Positions 28,399 through 37,958 of a stretch of 64,000 nucleotides of DNA are shown here, piece by piece; the first letter of the stretch is position 1; each line of letters starts with the position of its first letter. The position numbers and the translations under genes are program-made. Source of the DNA: an archaeon (GTDB lineage Archaea > EX4484-52 > WAPT01). The notes under the pieces were generated by a model that saw only the letters and a list, made by a program, of their open reading frames with translations, did not search any database and was not told where the DNA came from. The DNA lies in NCBI GenBank assembly GCA_029258795.1, contig JAPDKB010000009.1, positions 32,001 to 96,000 of the forward strand, read 5' to 3'.

Positions 28399-29061
28399 AT
28401 GACATATTATTCTTGGATCGGATATAATCGAAAGTTTGAAAAGGTATCGAAAAGCATAAATAGAACGTTAGAAATTTGGAATTTTATAGAAAAATTGGAA
28501 AAATCTGGTGTTTCATCTGAAGAAATTAGAGAAATTAAGGAGTTAGCCAAACTATATGAAGAAATTGAAACTGAAGCCGAGGAACTTAGAACTAAATTTT
28601 ATGAGACTGTGGAGGAGTGGGGCTTATATTTGGGAGGTATCCGCTATATTCCTTCATATGATTCCTTGTGGTTTGAGATTTGGTCAGAACAAAACGCACA
28701 CAACCCCAGTACGTTGGTTCCTCTGTATGACGTTTTAAGGCAAAAGGAATTATACCATGATGAGGAAACAGGTGTCAGGAAAGGTTTGGGTCATGTGAAT
28801 CCCATTAGCGATGGTTATCTAGGATGGTGGAAATTCATACACGAAGTGATAAGGAATGGATACGATGGTAACAAAAAGGACATAGAAATTGTGAGAGAAT
28901 TTTTCCAAAAAAATCCAGATTTCAATGAAAAATTCAAAACACAAAGATATGGGAGCGGGTGGAGCCCACATACTTCGTTCATATTTGACTTACCTTTGGA
29001 GTTAGAGGAACCTGTGAAGAATCATTTTGAGAGTGTAGATAAGTATCTCGAGAAATCTTAA
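28399..29061 (+). CDS. Hypothetical protein (AT-rich gene)
   Basis: Long ORF, no family recognised; start uncertain. Confidence 0.65.
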   Translation: MTYYSWIGYNRKFEKVSKSINRTLEIWNFIEKLEKSGVSSEEIREIKELAKLYEEIETEAEELRTKFYETVEEWGLYLGGIRYIPSYDSLWFEIWSEQNAHNPSTLVPLYDVLRQKELYHDEETGVRKGLGHVNPISDGYLGWWKFIHEVIRNGYDGNKKDIEIVREFFQKNPDFNEKFKTQRYGSGWSPHTSFIFDLPLELEEPVKNHFESVDKYLEKS

Positions 29062-29095
29062 ACACAATTTAAATTTTTGAAAAATTTCCTTTCTA

Positions 29096-30718
29096 TCAGA
29101 ACAGCTCAACCTTCTCAATCTTTCTTAGAAGGATCTCAGGTCTCTTTATTTCATGTCCCTCCTCCAGCTTTCTTCCACACAGTTTCCAGCTAATCTCGTT
29201 TATGTTCATGATGTCAAGCGCTTTTCCACATGTGTGGGGTATAACTGGGTAGAGCATCAGGCATATGTCCTTAGCGAGGTTTAGAGAGTGAGATAGCACC
29301 TTATGTGCCATCTTTTTATCTTCCTTCACGAGCTTCCACGGCTCGTGCTGCTGGAAGTAGGAGTTACCTATTGAAGCCAGCTTATCTATGGTCTCTACAG
29401 CACCTTTAATGTTCCACTTTTCATAACTTTCCCTCGCTTTTTCAATAAGTCCCATTACTTCCCTGAACTCCTCCTGTTCGTACGTCTCCACTCCTATCGT
29501 TTTACCCTCAAAATTCTTGTGAAGGAAGCTCAACACACGATAAACGAAGTTAATCATGTTACCCACAAGCACGTTGTTTATGGCAGCCATGAAAGCTTCC
29601 CTGCTCAGATCTATGTCCGTTATGTTATTTGATGTGTGGTAAGCAAAATAAAACCTCAGATATTCCGGATTCCCAACCTTTTCCAGATAATCCTTGGCGG
29701 TTATGAAGGTGCCCCTGCTTTTACTCATCTTTTCTCCTTCAACCGTAAGGAAACCGTGAGTGTGAAGGTAATCTGGCAGTCTAAAGCCAGATGCCATCAG
29801 CATGGCAGGCCAGAAGAGGTAATGGAAATAGATTATATCCTTTCCTATCACATGCACAATTGAATGGCTTTCACCTTTCCATATTTTTTTCCAATCACAC
29901 CCAGCTTTTTTGCAGTAGTTTGCGGTTGAGGCAATGTATCCTATTGGCGCGTCCCACCACACGTAAAAATACTTGTTTTCCTCCTCCGGAATCTTGAATC
30001 CGAAGTAAGGTCCATCTCTCGATATGCACCAGTCCTCAAGCCCCTTTTCCAACCATTCCTTGATGTAGTTCTTGACCTCTTCTTGGAGGGGGGCTTCCTC
30101 CATCCAGTGCTTTAGCTTCTCCTCAAACGCGCTGAGCTTGAAGAAATAATGCTTGCTTTTTTTCACCACAGGCATGCTTCCACATATTGCGCATCTCGGG
30201 TTTTTGAGGTTGAAGGGCGTGTATGTTGCACCACACTTTTCACACACATCCCCGTACTGGTCTTCTGCTCCACACTTAGGACATGTGCCCTTAACATACC
30301 TGTCCGGCAGAAATCTCTCGCATTTCTCACAGTAAAGAAGCTCTACTTCCTTCGTGTAAATGTATCCCTTTTCCCTTGCATTTTCAAACATCTCTACCGC
30401 TATCTTTTCATTCTCATCGCTGTGTGTGATGTGGTAGTTGTCAACGCTTATCATGAACTCGTCCAGCACCTTTTTGAACTTCTCATGGTTTTCCATCACG
30501 AAGCTCAGCGGGTCTTTTCCCGCTTTTCTCGCGTTGATTTCTATGGGGGTGCCGTGCGCATCTGTAGCACAAACATAAATGACGCGCTTCCCAACCATTC
30601 TGTAGAACCTAGCTATTATGTCTGTTATTATGAACTCGTACAAGTGACCGAAGTGCGGTTCGCCATTTCCGTAGGGAAGAGCCGATGTCATGAGCAAGTT
30701 TTCTTTGAGTTTCATCAC
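29096..30718 (-). CDS. metG: Methionyl-tRNA synthetase (no C-terminal tRNA-binding domain)
   Basis: SALPYGNGEPHFGH, zinc knuckles, IGKDI, KMSKS. Confidence 0.98.
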   Translation of the reverse strand: MMKLKENLLMTSALPYGNGEPHFGHLYEFIITDIIARFYRMVGKRVIYVCATDAHGTPIEINARKAGKDPLSFVMENHEKFKKVLDEFMISVDNYHITHSDENEKIAVEMFENAREKGYIYTKEVELLYCEKCERFLPDRYVKGTCPKCGAEDQYGDVCEKCGATYTPFNLKNPRCAICGSMPVVKKSKHYFFKLSAFEEKLKHWMEEAPLQEEVKNYIKEWLEKGLEDWCISRDGPYFGFKIPEEENKYFYVWWDAPIGYIASTANYCKKAGCDWKKIWKGESHSIVHVIGKDIIYFHYLFWPAMLMASGFRLPDYLHTHGFLTVEGEKMSKSRGTFITAKDYLEKVGNPEYLRFYFAYHTSNNITDIDLSREAFMAAINNVLVGNMINFVYRVLSFLHKNFEGKTIGVETYEQEEFREVMGLIEKARESYEKWNIKGAVETIDKLASIGNSYFQQHEPWKLVKEDKKMAHKVLSHSLNLAKDICLMLYPVIPHTCGKALDIMNINEISWKLCGRKLEEGHEIKRPEILLRKIEKVELF

Positions 30719-31880
30719 CCTTCACCAGAGTTTTTCTTGTGGTTGTGGCAACATCTTTTATGAATGATTCGGCACTTTTTAATATGTTTTCTACCTTGTT
30801 CAGGGAGCGCACACCCTTTGGCAGGAAAGATGGTTTGTTTATCTCCCCGTTTTCCATCAACATCTTCACCACTTCAAAATATTGGTGCGTGACTCTTCCG
30901 GCATAAAGCACGTGTAATGATTTCCCTTTCTTTGCAACTTTTTGAATCTCCATGAAACCCTTGAGGTAAAGGTAATCTTTGGTGAATCCGCCCCCTCTGA
31001 AGCTCCTGAAGGTTAGAGTCCATGCCATCTCATCATCAAACCCCCATTCCTTCATTTTATGAAAAACTTCGGAAAAACTCAGCCCTTCAAGCATGTAATG
31101 GATGCTCAGAACACGACCGGCATAATCTCTCAGCTTGTCGCTCTCTAACATACCCGTGAGCTTTTCCATGTACACAGCCAGACCCTCTTCCGTTTCTGTG
31201 TTGCGCGGAAATCCGGAAAGAAATATATCAAGTGGTTGGGTATGGCCATTCTGCGCTCTTAAGACATGCACACCTATTTCATGCACAACAAGCCGTTTCA
31301 TTTCATTCCTGCTAAATGTTCTGTTGGCAGGAACCAGAATTTTCCTTTCGATGGGCATGACTGTGGTCAGAGTTTTGGTGGAATATTCAACCACCCATCC
31401 CTTTATACCATAGCTTTCCAGCGCCTTTTCAAACACGGCTTTTGCTTCACGCTCCGTCATTCCCGCAACTTGTGTTTTTCTTTTGCTTCCCTTATAGCGT
31501 TTGAGGATTCTTTCCGCTTCACCGATCAAGCTTGAGGATGGTCTTCCATAAACTTTCAAACTGTACTCGATCACCTCATCTTTTCCTCTGTTGGCTATTA
31601 TGTGCGCAATGTTTGCAAGCTCTTCAACCTTCTGGTGGTAGAGATCATAAAGCTCGCCTTCAGGAATTTGGAGGGATGCAAGACTTTTCGCAATCTCCTT
31701 TGGGCTGAAAAAAACCACAGGGTAACGAAATTTCGGTTCCTTACCTTCACGAAAGAACCTTTCCTTCTCTTCTTTTAAATTGACAGGTTCTATTGCTCGA
31801 AGCACACCCACACTCAATTTTCTGTGTTCCTTCAATGCCAAATCAACCGCCCTGTACTTCTCAACCACACTGCCCTTCAT
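30609..31880 (-). CDS. DUF1704 / MATCAP-like gluzincin carboxypeptidase
   Basis: HEIGVHVLR (HExxxH), TEEGLA, FTKDYLYLKG. Confidence 0.85.
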   Translation of the reverse strand: MKGSVVEKYRAVDLALKEHRKLSVGVLRAIEPVNLKEEKERFFREGKEPKFRYPVVFFSPKEIAKSLASLQIPEGELYDLYHQKVEELANIAHIIANRGKDEVIEYSLKVYGRPSSSLIGEAERILKRYKGSKRKTQVAGMTEREAKAVFEKALESYGIKGWVVEYSTKTLTTVMPIERKILVPANRTFSRNEMKRLVVHEIGVHVLRAQNGHTQPLDIFLSGFPRNTETEEGLAVYMEKLTGMLESDKLRDYAGRVLSIHYMLEGLSFSEVFHKMKEWGFDDEMAWTLTFRSFRGGGFTKDYLYLKGFMEIQKVAKKGKSLHVLYAGRVTHQYFEVVKMLMENGEINKPSFLPKGVRSLNKVENILKSAESFIKDVATTTRKTLVKGDETQRKLAHDIGSSLRKWRTALRSLVRVHNNRHNS

Positions 31881-31881
31881 T

Positions 31882-32616
31882 CTACTCCCTCACAATTTTC
31901 ATGAACCTTAGCGCGTCATCATACATCTCGTAGTTGTTGAACATAACGTACGCGCTTTTATCCCCCTTAATTTTCTCCATAACCTTTTCTTTTAGAATTG
32001 CCAGCTCATCATCACTGAACTTGTAGTCGTACATTCTTTTACCAAGCCCGTGAAGCCGGTAATAAATTAGGGCAGTATTGTGATAGCTCTCCTGACGGAA
32101 AGGGTCTACCGCGTGCTCAACTTTAATATTGGAGAACAAATTTTTTACCACATCTTCTGTCCACACGTTCTGCCATCTCACCTCCCACACAAAAATAAAA
32201 TCATTTCTTTCCACCTCCTCAAAAAACTCCACAACCCTCCTTAGATTTTCCTCCGTCGGTTTGAAGCTTGCAGGCGTCTGAAACACAATGACCTTTGCTT
32301 CAAGAGCTTCCGCCACCTCTTTCACCCTCTCAAAAACATCCAAGCTTTCCCTTCCGAATTTGAGCTTGTGCGTTATGTCCTGATGTGTTTTGACCGTGAA
32401 CTCAAAATCTTCATTGACCTCTCTCGCCTCTTCCTTCCATTTTTCAGCCGTGCTCACCTTTGGTATGCGATAAAAGGTGGAGTTGACCTCCACAACATCA
32501 AAAAGCGAAGCATACGCCTGCAGCGTGCTCTTATATCTCTCCTTCCAGTTCTCATCAACAAACCTCTTGGGGTTAAAGAATCCCCAGCCACAACATCCTA
32601 CTTTAATTTTCCCCAT
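31882..32616 (-). CDS. DUF72-family TIM-barrel protein
   Basis: VGCCGW, VEVNSTFY, FTVK, FQTPASF, YYRLHG, FNN. Confidence 0.93.
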   Translation of the reverse strand: MGKIKVGCCGWGFFNPKRFVDENWKERYKSTLQAYASLFDVVEVNSTFYRIPKVSTAEKWKEEAREVNEDFEFTVKTHQDITHKLKFGRESLDVFERVKEVAEALEAKVIVFQTPASFKPTEENLRRVVEFFEEVERNDFIFVWEVRWQNVWTEDVVKNLFSNIKVEHAVDPFRQESYHNTALIYYRLHGLGKRMYDYKFSDDELAILKEKVMEKIKGDKSAYVMFNNYEMYDDALRFMKIVRE

Positions 32617-32658
32617 AAGAATTGGAAGAGAATCCGAGGTTAAAATAATTTTCCCGAG

Positions 32659-33540
32659 TTAATTTTTGATTTCCCGTTCAACAAATTCAGCAAGCATTTT
32701 GGCTATGTTTTTGTCTGTGGCTTTCATCAAACCTCTTATACCTGGGTTTACATTCACCTCGATGACGTAAGGTGTGCCTTCATCATCCACTATGATGTCA
32801 ACGGCCAGAATTCTTGCCTCAAGCGCTTCCGCAGTTTTTATGGCAAGCTCCTTCACATCCTCACTTGGATCATGCGCTACAGCTCTTCCTCCACTCGAAA
32901 CGTTTGCCCTTTTTTCCCCTTCCGCTGCCAGCCTTTTCATTGCCGCAGCAACCTCGTAGCCGAGGAGAAGAACTCTCATGTCCTCTCCTTTGTTTGGTAT
33001 GAATTCCTGCACCACTATCTCCTGTTTCAACGATTCCATCGAGCTGACCATGGCTTTGAGCTCCTCCTCAGTATTGGCGAACATCACACCCTTGCCTCCC
33101 GAGCCGGATACCAGCTTCACCACCACAGGAAACTCGAGCTTGTTTGTGAGCTTCTCTATGTTTTTGGAGGATTTGAGAGCGTAAGTGGTGGGCACATTTA
33201 TGCCATTAGAGCCGAGAACTGTGGTTGTGAGGAATTTATCATGCGCTATTTTAAGCGTCTCAGCGGGGTATGGGTGTTTTATGCCTAGCACATCAAAAGC
33301 TTTAACCACATTATAACCGTGGAGCATGCGCTTTCCATCTATTCTGGGTAGAAAGTAATCAAAGTCGTGCAATAGCTCTCCGTTTGTTCTGACCTCAACG
33401 CCATCAGAGGATGCACACACGATTATGTCATCAAGAGGTACATTCACAACATCGAAAATCTTGTTCATTTCTTCCAAAATCAACTCAGTGGTTCTGGATT
33501 TAGCTCTGGGATGTGTTATCAGAACCTTTCTCTTGCTCAT
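32659..33540 (-). CDS. RimK/LysX-family ATP-grasp amino-acid ligase
   Basis: DKFLT, FPVVVK..SGSGGKGV, QEFI, DMRV, RANVSSGG, VIEVNVNPG. Confidence 0.93.
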   Translation of the reverse strand: MSKRKVLITHPRAKSRTTELILEEMNKIFDVVNVPLDDIIVCASSDGVEVRTNGELLHDFDYFLPRIDGKRMLHGYNVVKAFDVLGIKHPYPAETLKIAHDKFLTTTVLGSNGINVPTTYALKSSKNIEKLTNKLEFPVVVKLVSGSGGKGVMFANTEEELKAMVSSMESLKQEIVVQEFIPNKGEDMRVLLLGYEVAAAMKRLAAEGEKRANVSSGGRAVAHDPSEDVKELAIKTAEALEARILAVDIIVDDEGTPYVIEVNVNPGIRGLMKATDKNIAKMLAEFVEREIKN

Positions 33541-34459
33541 ATTTCCTCTTACCCCCGAGAGTGTATGCTTTAGCCACGCTCTTAAACGTGTCCACCATTC
33601 TATCTATTAAATTAAGCAGCGTATACCTCCTGTAATGCTCACTGCAACCTTTGTGCAGATAATTTATTAACTCTTGGGTTATATCCTTGCCGAAATGTTC
33701 CTCAAACTTATCAACACGCAGCGATGTCTTTAATTTCTTTATAAGGATGGTGCTGTTTTCAACACTGAGCGATGCCTGGAAAACACTTGTGTGGAGAGCA
33801 CTGGAAATTTTTGTCACAACCTCTTTAACTTTATTGGGAGTTTTTCTAAGTGGCTTTCCATTTTTGATGGAGTGAATGCGCGTGCCTATGACAAGAACAT
33901 CAATGTCTTCCACATTTTTTCCTATTTCTTCAATCATTATTGGCTGAGAGAACAGTTCCATCGTGTCCAGAAATGTTTTGAGTGAGCTCTCAGATTCAAA
34001 TATTGCGCTCCCTCCCTTTTTCATTTCAGGCATGTAAACCCTGACCGGATACCGAAGCTTCGGAAGCACAGCGTTTAACGCATCCCTTGATGTTGAAAGA
34101 TAAATTCCAGAAGGGCTTTCAATTTCCATAATTTCAGCATTCAGCAAAAACGTCATGAACGGGTTTGAAGCATAACTTAAATACAAGCTGCTAACGGGCG
34201 TGAAAATCCTGTATTTTTCCAGAATGGTGCTGATTGTGTAACCGAAGTTGAGAAGCCTTGGCGGAACCATCAAAAACACCACATCAAAATCGAGGAGAGA
34301 TGCAGATTTATAGTAGGGTAGGAAGTCATCACCATTCTTTTCTATCCTCACCCCTGAAAGTGGGGCATAGAGTACTTTACCAAACTTGTACTTAGATATC
34401 TCGATAAGACGTAGATGGAAATCCTTTTTCTTTTCTGGGCCAAGAATGCAAAGCTTCAT
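33500..34459 (-). CDS. Degenerate RimK-like ATP-grasp paralog
   Basis: Collinear with the neighbouring ligase (DFD.., LRYPV, IMIEE, DIDVLVIG) but lacks the G-loop and ExN residues. Confidence 0.7.
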   Translation of the reverse strand: MKLCILGPEKKKDFHLRLIEISKYKFGKVLYAPLSGVRIEKNGDDFLPYYKSASLLDFDVVFLMVPPRLLNFGYTISTILEKYRIFTPVSSLYLSYASNPFMTFLLNAEIMEIESPSGIYLSTSRDALNAVLPKLRYPVRVYMPEMKKGGSAIFESESSLKTFLDTMELFSQPIMIEEIGKNVEDIDVLVIGTRIHSIKNGKPLRKTPNKVKEVVTKISSALHTSVFQASLSVENSTILIKKLKTSLRVDKFEEHFGKDITQELINYLHKGCSEHYRRYTLLNLIDRMVDTFKSVAKAYTLGGKRKYEQEKGSDNTSQS

Positions 34460-34471
34460 ACAACCTCCTCT

Positions 34472-34876
34472 TTACTTTTTCATATCCTTCAGTTTGTTGG
34501 AGAAATGTGTTTTGGTGGTATCTATTATAAAGTTTCCGTGAATTATATCTCTTCCTATCAGCACAGGACACATCATGTTGGAACGATCAGCAACGTTGGC
34601 ATCAACATTGAACTTCCTTCCGTTAATCTCTATTTCAGCAGAATAAATTCCTCGCCTCACATAACCCTGTTCAGTGGTTTTTGATTTAACCTTAACTTTT
34701 TTGTTCTTTTTCTCAAGTCCAAGTTCCTTTGCAATGTTTTTATCTATAGATGTTCTTGTAGCTCCCGTATCGAACAGTGCAAGAACTTCTTTCTCCCCTT
34801 CCCTACCCCTGACCTTGACCTTCGCAACCAGCCCAACTACCTCTTTTTTATGATGTGTATCTTCTTCTTCCATCAC
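34472..34876 (-). CDS. RimK-associated retropepsin-like protease (PF05618-type)
   Basis: ALFDTGATRTSID and DRS.M..PVLIGRD. Confidence 0.88.
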   Translation of the reverse strand: MMEEEDTHHKKEVVGLVAKVKVRGREGEKEVLALFDTGATRTSIDKNIAKELGLEKKNKKVKVKSKTTEQGYVRRGIYSAEIEINGRKFNVDANVADRSNMMCPVLIGRDIIHGNFIIDTTKTHFSNKLKDMKK

Positions 34877-34935
34877 CCGTGATATTGTGACATGGAGATA
34901 TTAATTTTTTTCTTTTGTGTGGCATAAATTTCAGC

Positions 34936-35832
34936 ATGGAGGTGTTGGGGTATTATCTTGCTGTTCGGGATGGGAAAAAGAAAGCGCGGTTTTTGAGCGC
35001 GAATCTGGATGAGAAGGTGGAGGAAGCGTTCAGGTTGTTTGAGAAGTGCGAGTTGTGTGAGCATAAATGCAGAGTTGACAGGATTAAAGGTCAGCTTGGG
35101 GTATGCAGAGCCCCTCCTTACATTTTACTGAGCAGCGAATTTTTACATTACGGGGAGGAGAGCTTTCTCGTGCCATCCCACACCATTTTCTTCATGGGAT
35201 GCAACTTTGCATGCGTTTACTGCCAGAACTACACCATCTCCAACTGGCTGGAGCTTGGAGTCAAGCTGAGCGAGGAGGAGCTTGCAGATATGATCGTGGC
35301 GCGGAAGAAGCAGGGTGCAAAAAACGTTAACTTTGTGGGGGGAGAGCCCACACCTTATTTGCCATTCATTCTGAAGGTGCTCCGGATTCTTAAGGAAAGG
35401 GAAGTTAGCGTTCCCGTTGTCTGGAACTCCAACTTTTATATGAGCAGGAAAGCAATGAATTTGCTTAAGGGTGTGGTTGATCTCTACCTTCCTGATTTTA
35501 AGTATGGAAATGATGAATGTGCCCTGCGCTTATCGAAAGTGAGGAATTATTTTGCAACCGTCACAAGAAACTTGAAGGAAGCGGCAGGAGATGCTGACGT
35601 CTGCATAAGACACCTTGTCCTGCCGAATCATTTTGAATGCTGCACAAAGCCGATACTGGAATGGATTGCAAGCAACATAAACGGGAAGAATGTTGTGGTG
35701 AACATCATGCCGCAATACAGGCCGGAGTGGAAAGCGCAGGAATATGAGGAGATAAGCCGTCCGTTAAAGGTGGAGGAGTGGGAAAAAGCGGTGAGGTATG
35801 CTGAGGAGCTTGGATTGAATGTTATGGACTAG
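34936..35832 (+). CDS. Radical SAM protein, PflX-like
   Basis: CELCEHKC, CNFACVYCQN, NFVGGEPT, DFKYG, RHLVLP. Confidence 0.92.
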   Translation: MEVLGYYLAVRDGKKKARFLSANLDEKVEEAFRLFEKCELCEHKCRVDRIKGQLGVCRAPPYILLSSEFLHYGEESFLVPSHTIFFMGCNFACVYCQNYTISNWLELGVKLSEEELADMIVARKKQGAKNVNFVGGEPTPYLPFILKVLRILKEREVSVPVVWNSNFYMSRKAMNLLKGVVDLYLPDFKYGNDECALRLSKVRNYFATVTRNLKEAAGDADVCIRHLVLPNHFECCTKPILEWIASNINGKNVVVNIMPQYRPEWKAQEYEEISRPLKVEEWEKAVRYAEELGLNVMD

Positions 35833-36230
35833 GTTCCAGTAGGAGGCGTCGGAGGGAGTTCAGAACCCAGATAAAACAGATGGCTTTTGCATTTGCAGTC
35901 CGAGCACCCAAATTTAGGAATTGATTCAAACCTTTCCGCAAGCTTTCCAGCTATTTCACACTCCTCCTTTTTGTTGCTTTCCTTGATCAGCACATCCACG
36001 ACTTCAGCATACTCGCTTGCCAGCAGATAATCTATGTGCCAGAAAAGTTTCTTGCCAGTTTTGCGGAGGTGTCTGCGTACCCTTGCTTCTATTGAGTTCA
36101 TGGCCGAGCCGACATAGGCATAGTAGCCGGGTTTGAATTCAAGCGTGCCGAGTTTGCCGACTTTTATTTTTGTGGGAGTGGTGAGTCTGATAATGAGGAT
36201 GTAAGAACCTTTCATATCGGATTCCTCCAA
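35829..36230 (-). CDS. DUF123 GIY-YIG (Uri) endonuclease
   Basis: GSY, YAYVGSA, WHIDYL, FGCSDCKC.SHL. Confidence 0.92.
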   Translation of the reverse strand: MEESDMKGSYILIIRLTTPTKIKVGKLGTLEFKPGYYAYVGSAMNSIEARVRRHLRKTGKKLFWHIDYLLASEYAEVVDVLIKESNKKEECEIAGKLAERFESIPKFGCSDCKCKSHLFYLGSELPPTPPTGT

Positions 36231-36279
36231 TAATATCCAAATATTGAATTCGTTTTATAAAGATAGTTTTTAAAACTCA

Positions 36280-37530
36280 TCATCGGTTTGATCGAGGAAA
36301 GTCATTCCATTCCCACAGCGCAGTGCAACTTCTACACTCCATTAAGAACGCACACTTCTTACATTTTTCAGGTAACGTCTTAAAATTTCTGTGTTTTTGA
36401 AGATACGGGTGTTCCTTCCAGATTTTCTCTATGCTATCGTAGAAGATATTTCCAAGGACAACGCGTGAGGAATCACATAATCTTATACTGCCGTCTGGGC
36501 CGATCATACACCAGTTTATGCCACCATCACACTTACCTCCATATTTTTTGACAATATCCCTCAAGCTTGTCATACAGAAAAACACGGGGGAAGCAAAACC
36601 AAAATTTAGACCGTATTCGTTTACTTTCTCGTCAATAATGTTAAGTAGCCAGTCTATTTCTTTTGATGAGAGGGAGAGGTGTTCTAGATTTTTGAAACCC
36701 TCCCCTACTGGCATAAATATTGTAGGGGCGCAATTATCCACACCCCGCTTGGCAGCAAATTCTAAGATTTCAGGATAGTCACGATAATTAAGTTTGGTAA
36801 GTGTTGTGTTTATCCCAACTTTAATGTCACAATCTATGGCATACTTGACATTCTTCAAAACCTTTTCAAGCGCATTACTTCCTGTCATAATCTTGTATTT
36901 TTCTCTATTCAAGGTGTGGATGGAAAACTGTATTCTCCCGATTCCGTATGATGCCAATTTCTCAACTTTTTCTCCGTTAAGAAGTGTGCCATTTGTCACC
37001 ATCCCTGCCCATAGACCTTTCTCCACAAGGATGTAATGTGCTATTTTCATGAAATCATCTCTGAGCGTCGGCTCACCCCCGGTTAGATTTACATTGTATA
37101 TTTCCTCCTCTACAAGCCTATCCACGAGCTCTTTCACTTTGCTAAAAGAAAGTTCAGTAAGGTGTTGAGAACCAGGACCTTTCCACACATTATAGCAGAA
37201 TATACACCTGTGATTGCAGCGGGATGTAAGCTCAATTCCAACAACATACGGTTTTCTTGGAATTACCTCTCTTTTATCTTTCACACCAGTTTTTGATGAA
37301 ATTTCCAAAATCTCCTCAATCGGCTCTAAGCCTTCTATTTCAACTATTCCCGCAAGAGCTAAAAAACGGAAAACTGGTTTGAAAGTTTTTTCCATTTCTT
37401 CTTTAGACATACCTTTTCTCTTAAAGTACTTGAACGTCTCTTTTAGATTTTCTGTCTCGACAAGCTTTTTCCAGAACTCGGCATTCAAACCAAAGAGAGA
37501 TATCCTTTTTCCTCTGAAAAAAAACAACAC
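36280..37530 (-). CDS. Radical SAM/SPASM peptide maturase; natural start probably 37576 via a frameshift
   Basis: CNHRCIFC, LTGGEP, TNGT, SPASM CDGG...C...CKKC...CRSC. Confidence 0.9.
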   Translation of the reverse strand: MLFFFRGKRISLFGLNAEFWKKLVETENLKETFKYFKRKGMSKEEMEKTFKPVFRFLALAGIVEIEGLEPIEEILEISSKTGVKDKREVIPRKPYVVGIELTSRCNHRCIFCYNVWKGPGSQHLTELSFSKVKELVDRLVEEEIYNVNLTGGEPTLRDDFMKIAHYILVEKGLWAGMVTNGTLLNGEKVEKLASYGIGRIQFSIHTLNREKYKIMTGSNALEKVLKNVKYAIDCDIKVGINTTLTKLNYRDYPEILEFAAKRGVDNCAPTIFMPVGEGFKNLEHLSLSSKEIDWLLNIIDEKVNEYGLNFGFASPVFFCMTSLRDIVKKYGGKCDGGINWCMIGPDGSIRLCDSSRVVLGNIFYDSIEKIWKEHPYLQKHRNFKTLPEKCKKCAFLMECRSCTALWEWNDFPRSNR

Positions 37531-37611
37531 ACCCGAATTCTTCTTCTCTCCACCTAACTTTGGGATTAATTTTCATAACCAACACTTTCACTGTCTTCTA
37601 GACACCCAAAT

Positions 37612-37872
37612 CTAATCCTCCAATCCTTCAGAGAAATAATCATCTATTCTACGGTACTTTTTCTCAATTTTTTTAAGCACTTTTTGTACATCTTCCTTTC
37701 CAAAATCAAGATTTATTCCATAAGGGGGAGTGATACAAGCAAGTTTGCAGGAAACTTCATTCTCATGAGTCACACAAGCAAGTTTGCAAGAGGGTTCAGT
37801 AGTATCTATATAAATCGGAGAAAAAATTGAATCGTTCTCTTTATTTTTATTTGGGCTGTCTTTTTCACCCAT
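37612..37872 (-). CDS. Putative RiPP precursor peptide
   Basis: 86 aa with duplicated SCKLACVT/SCKLACIT, directly upstream of the rSAM/SPASM gene. Confidence 0.65.
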   Translation of the reverse strand: MGEKDSPNKNKENDSIFSPIYIDTTEPSCKLACVTHENEVSCKLACITPPYGINLDFGKEDVQKVLKKIEKKYRRIDDYFSEGLED

Positions 37873-37958
37873 ATAAACTCGTAATTATTGACGAAAATAT
37901 TTAAAGTTAACTTGCAGTATTTTCACCTCCACGAAATTACACCGATGAGTAGTTTCTA

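Noticed and set aside
30609-30718. 110-nt overlap of the DUF1704 ORF with the metG start as a fusion or frameshift
   Set aside because: metG has its own RBS and complete N-terminal motif; the overlap is most simply a non-conserved C-terminal run-on
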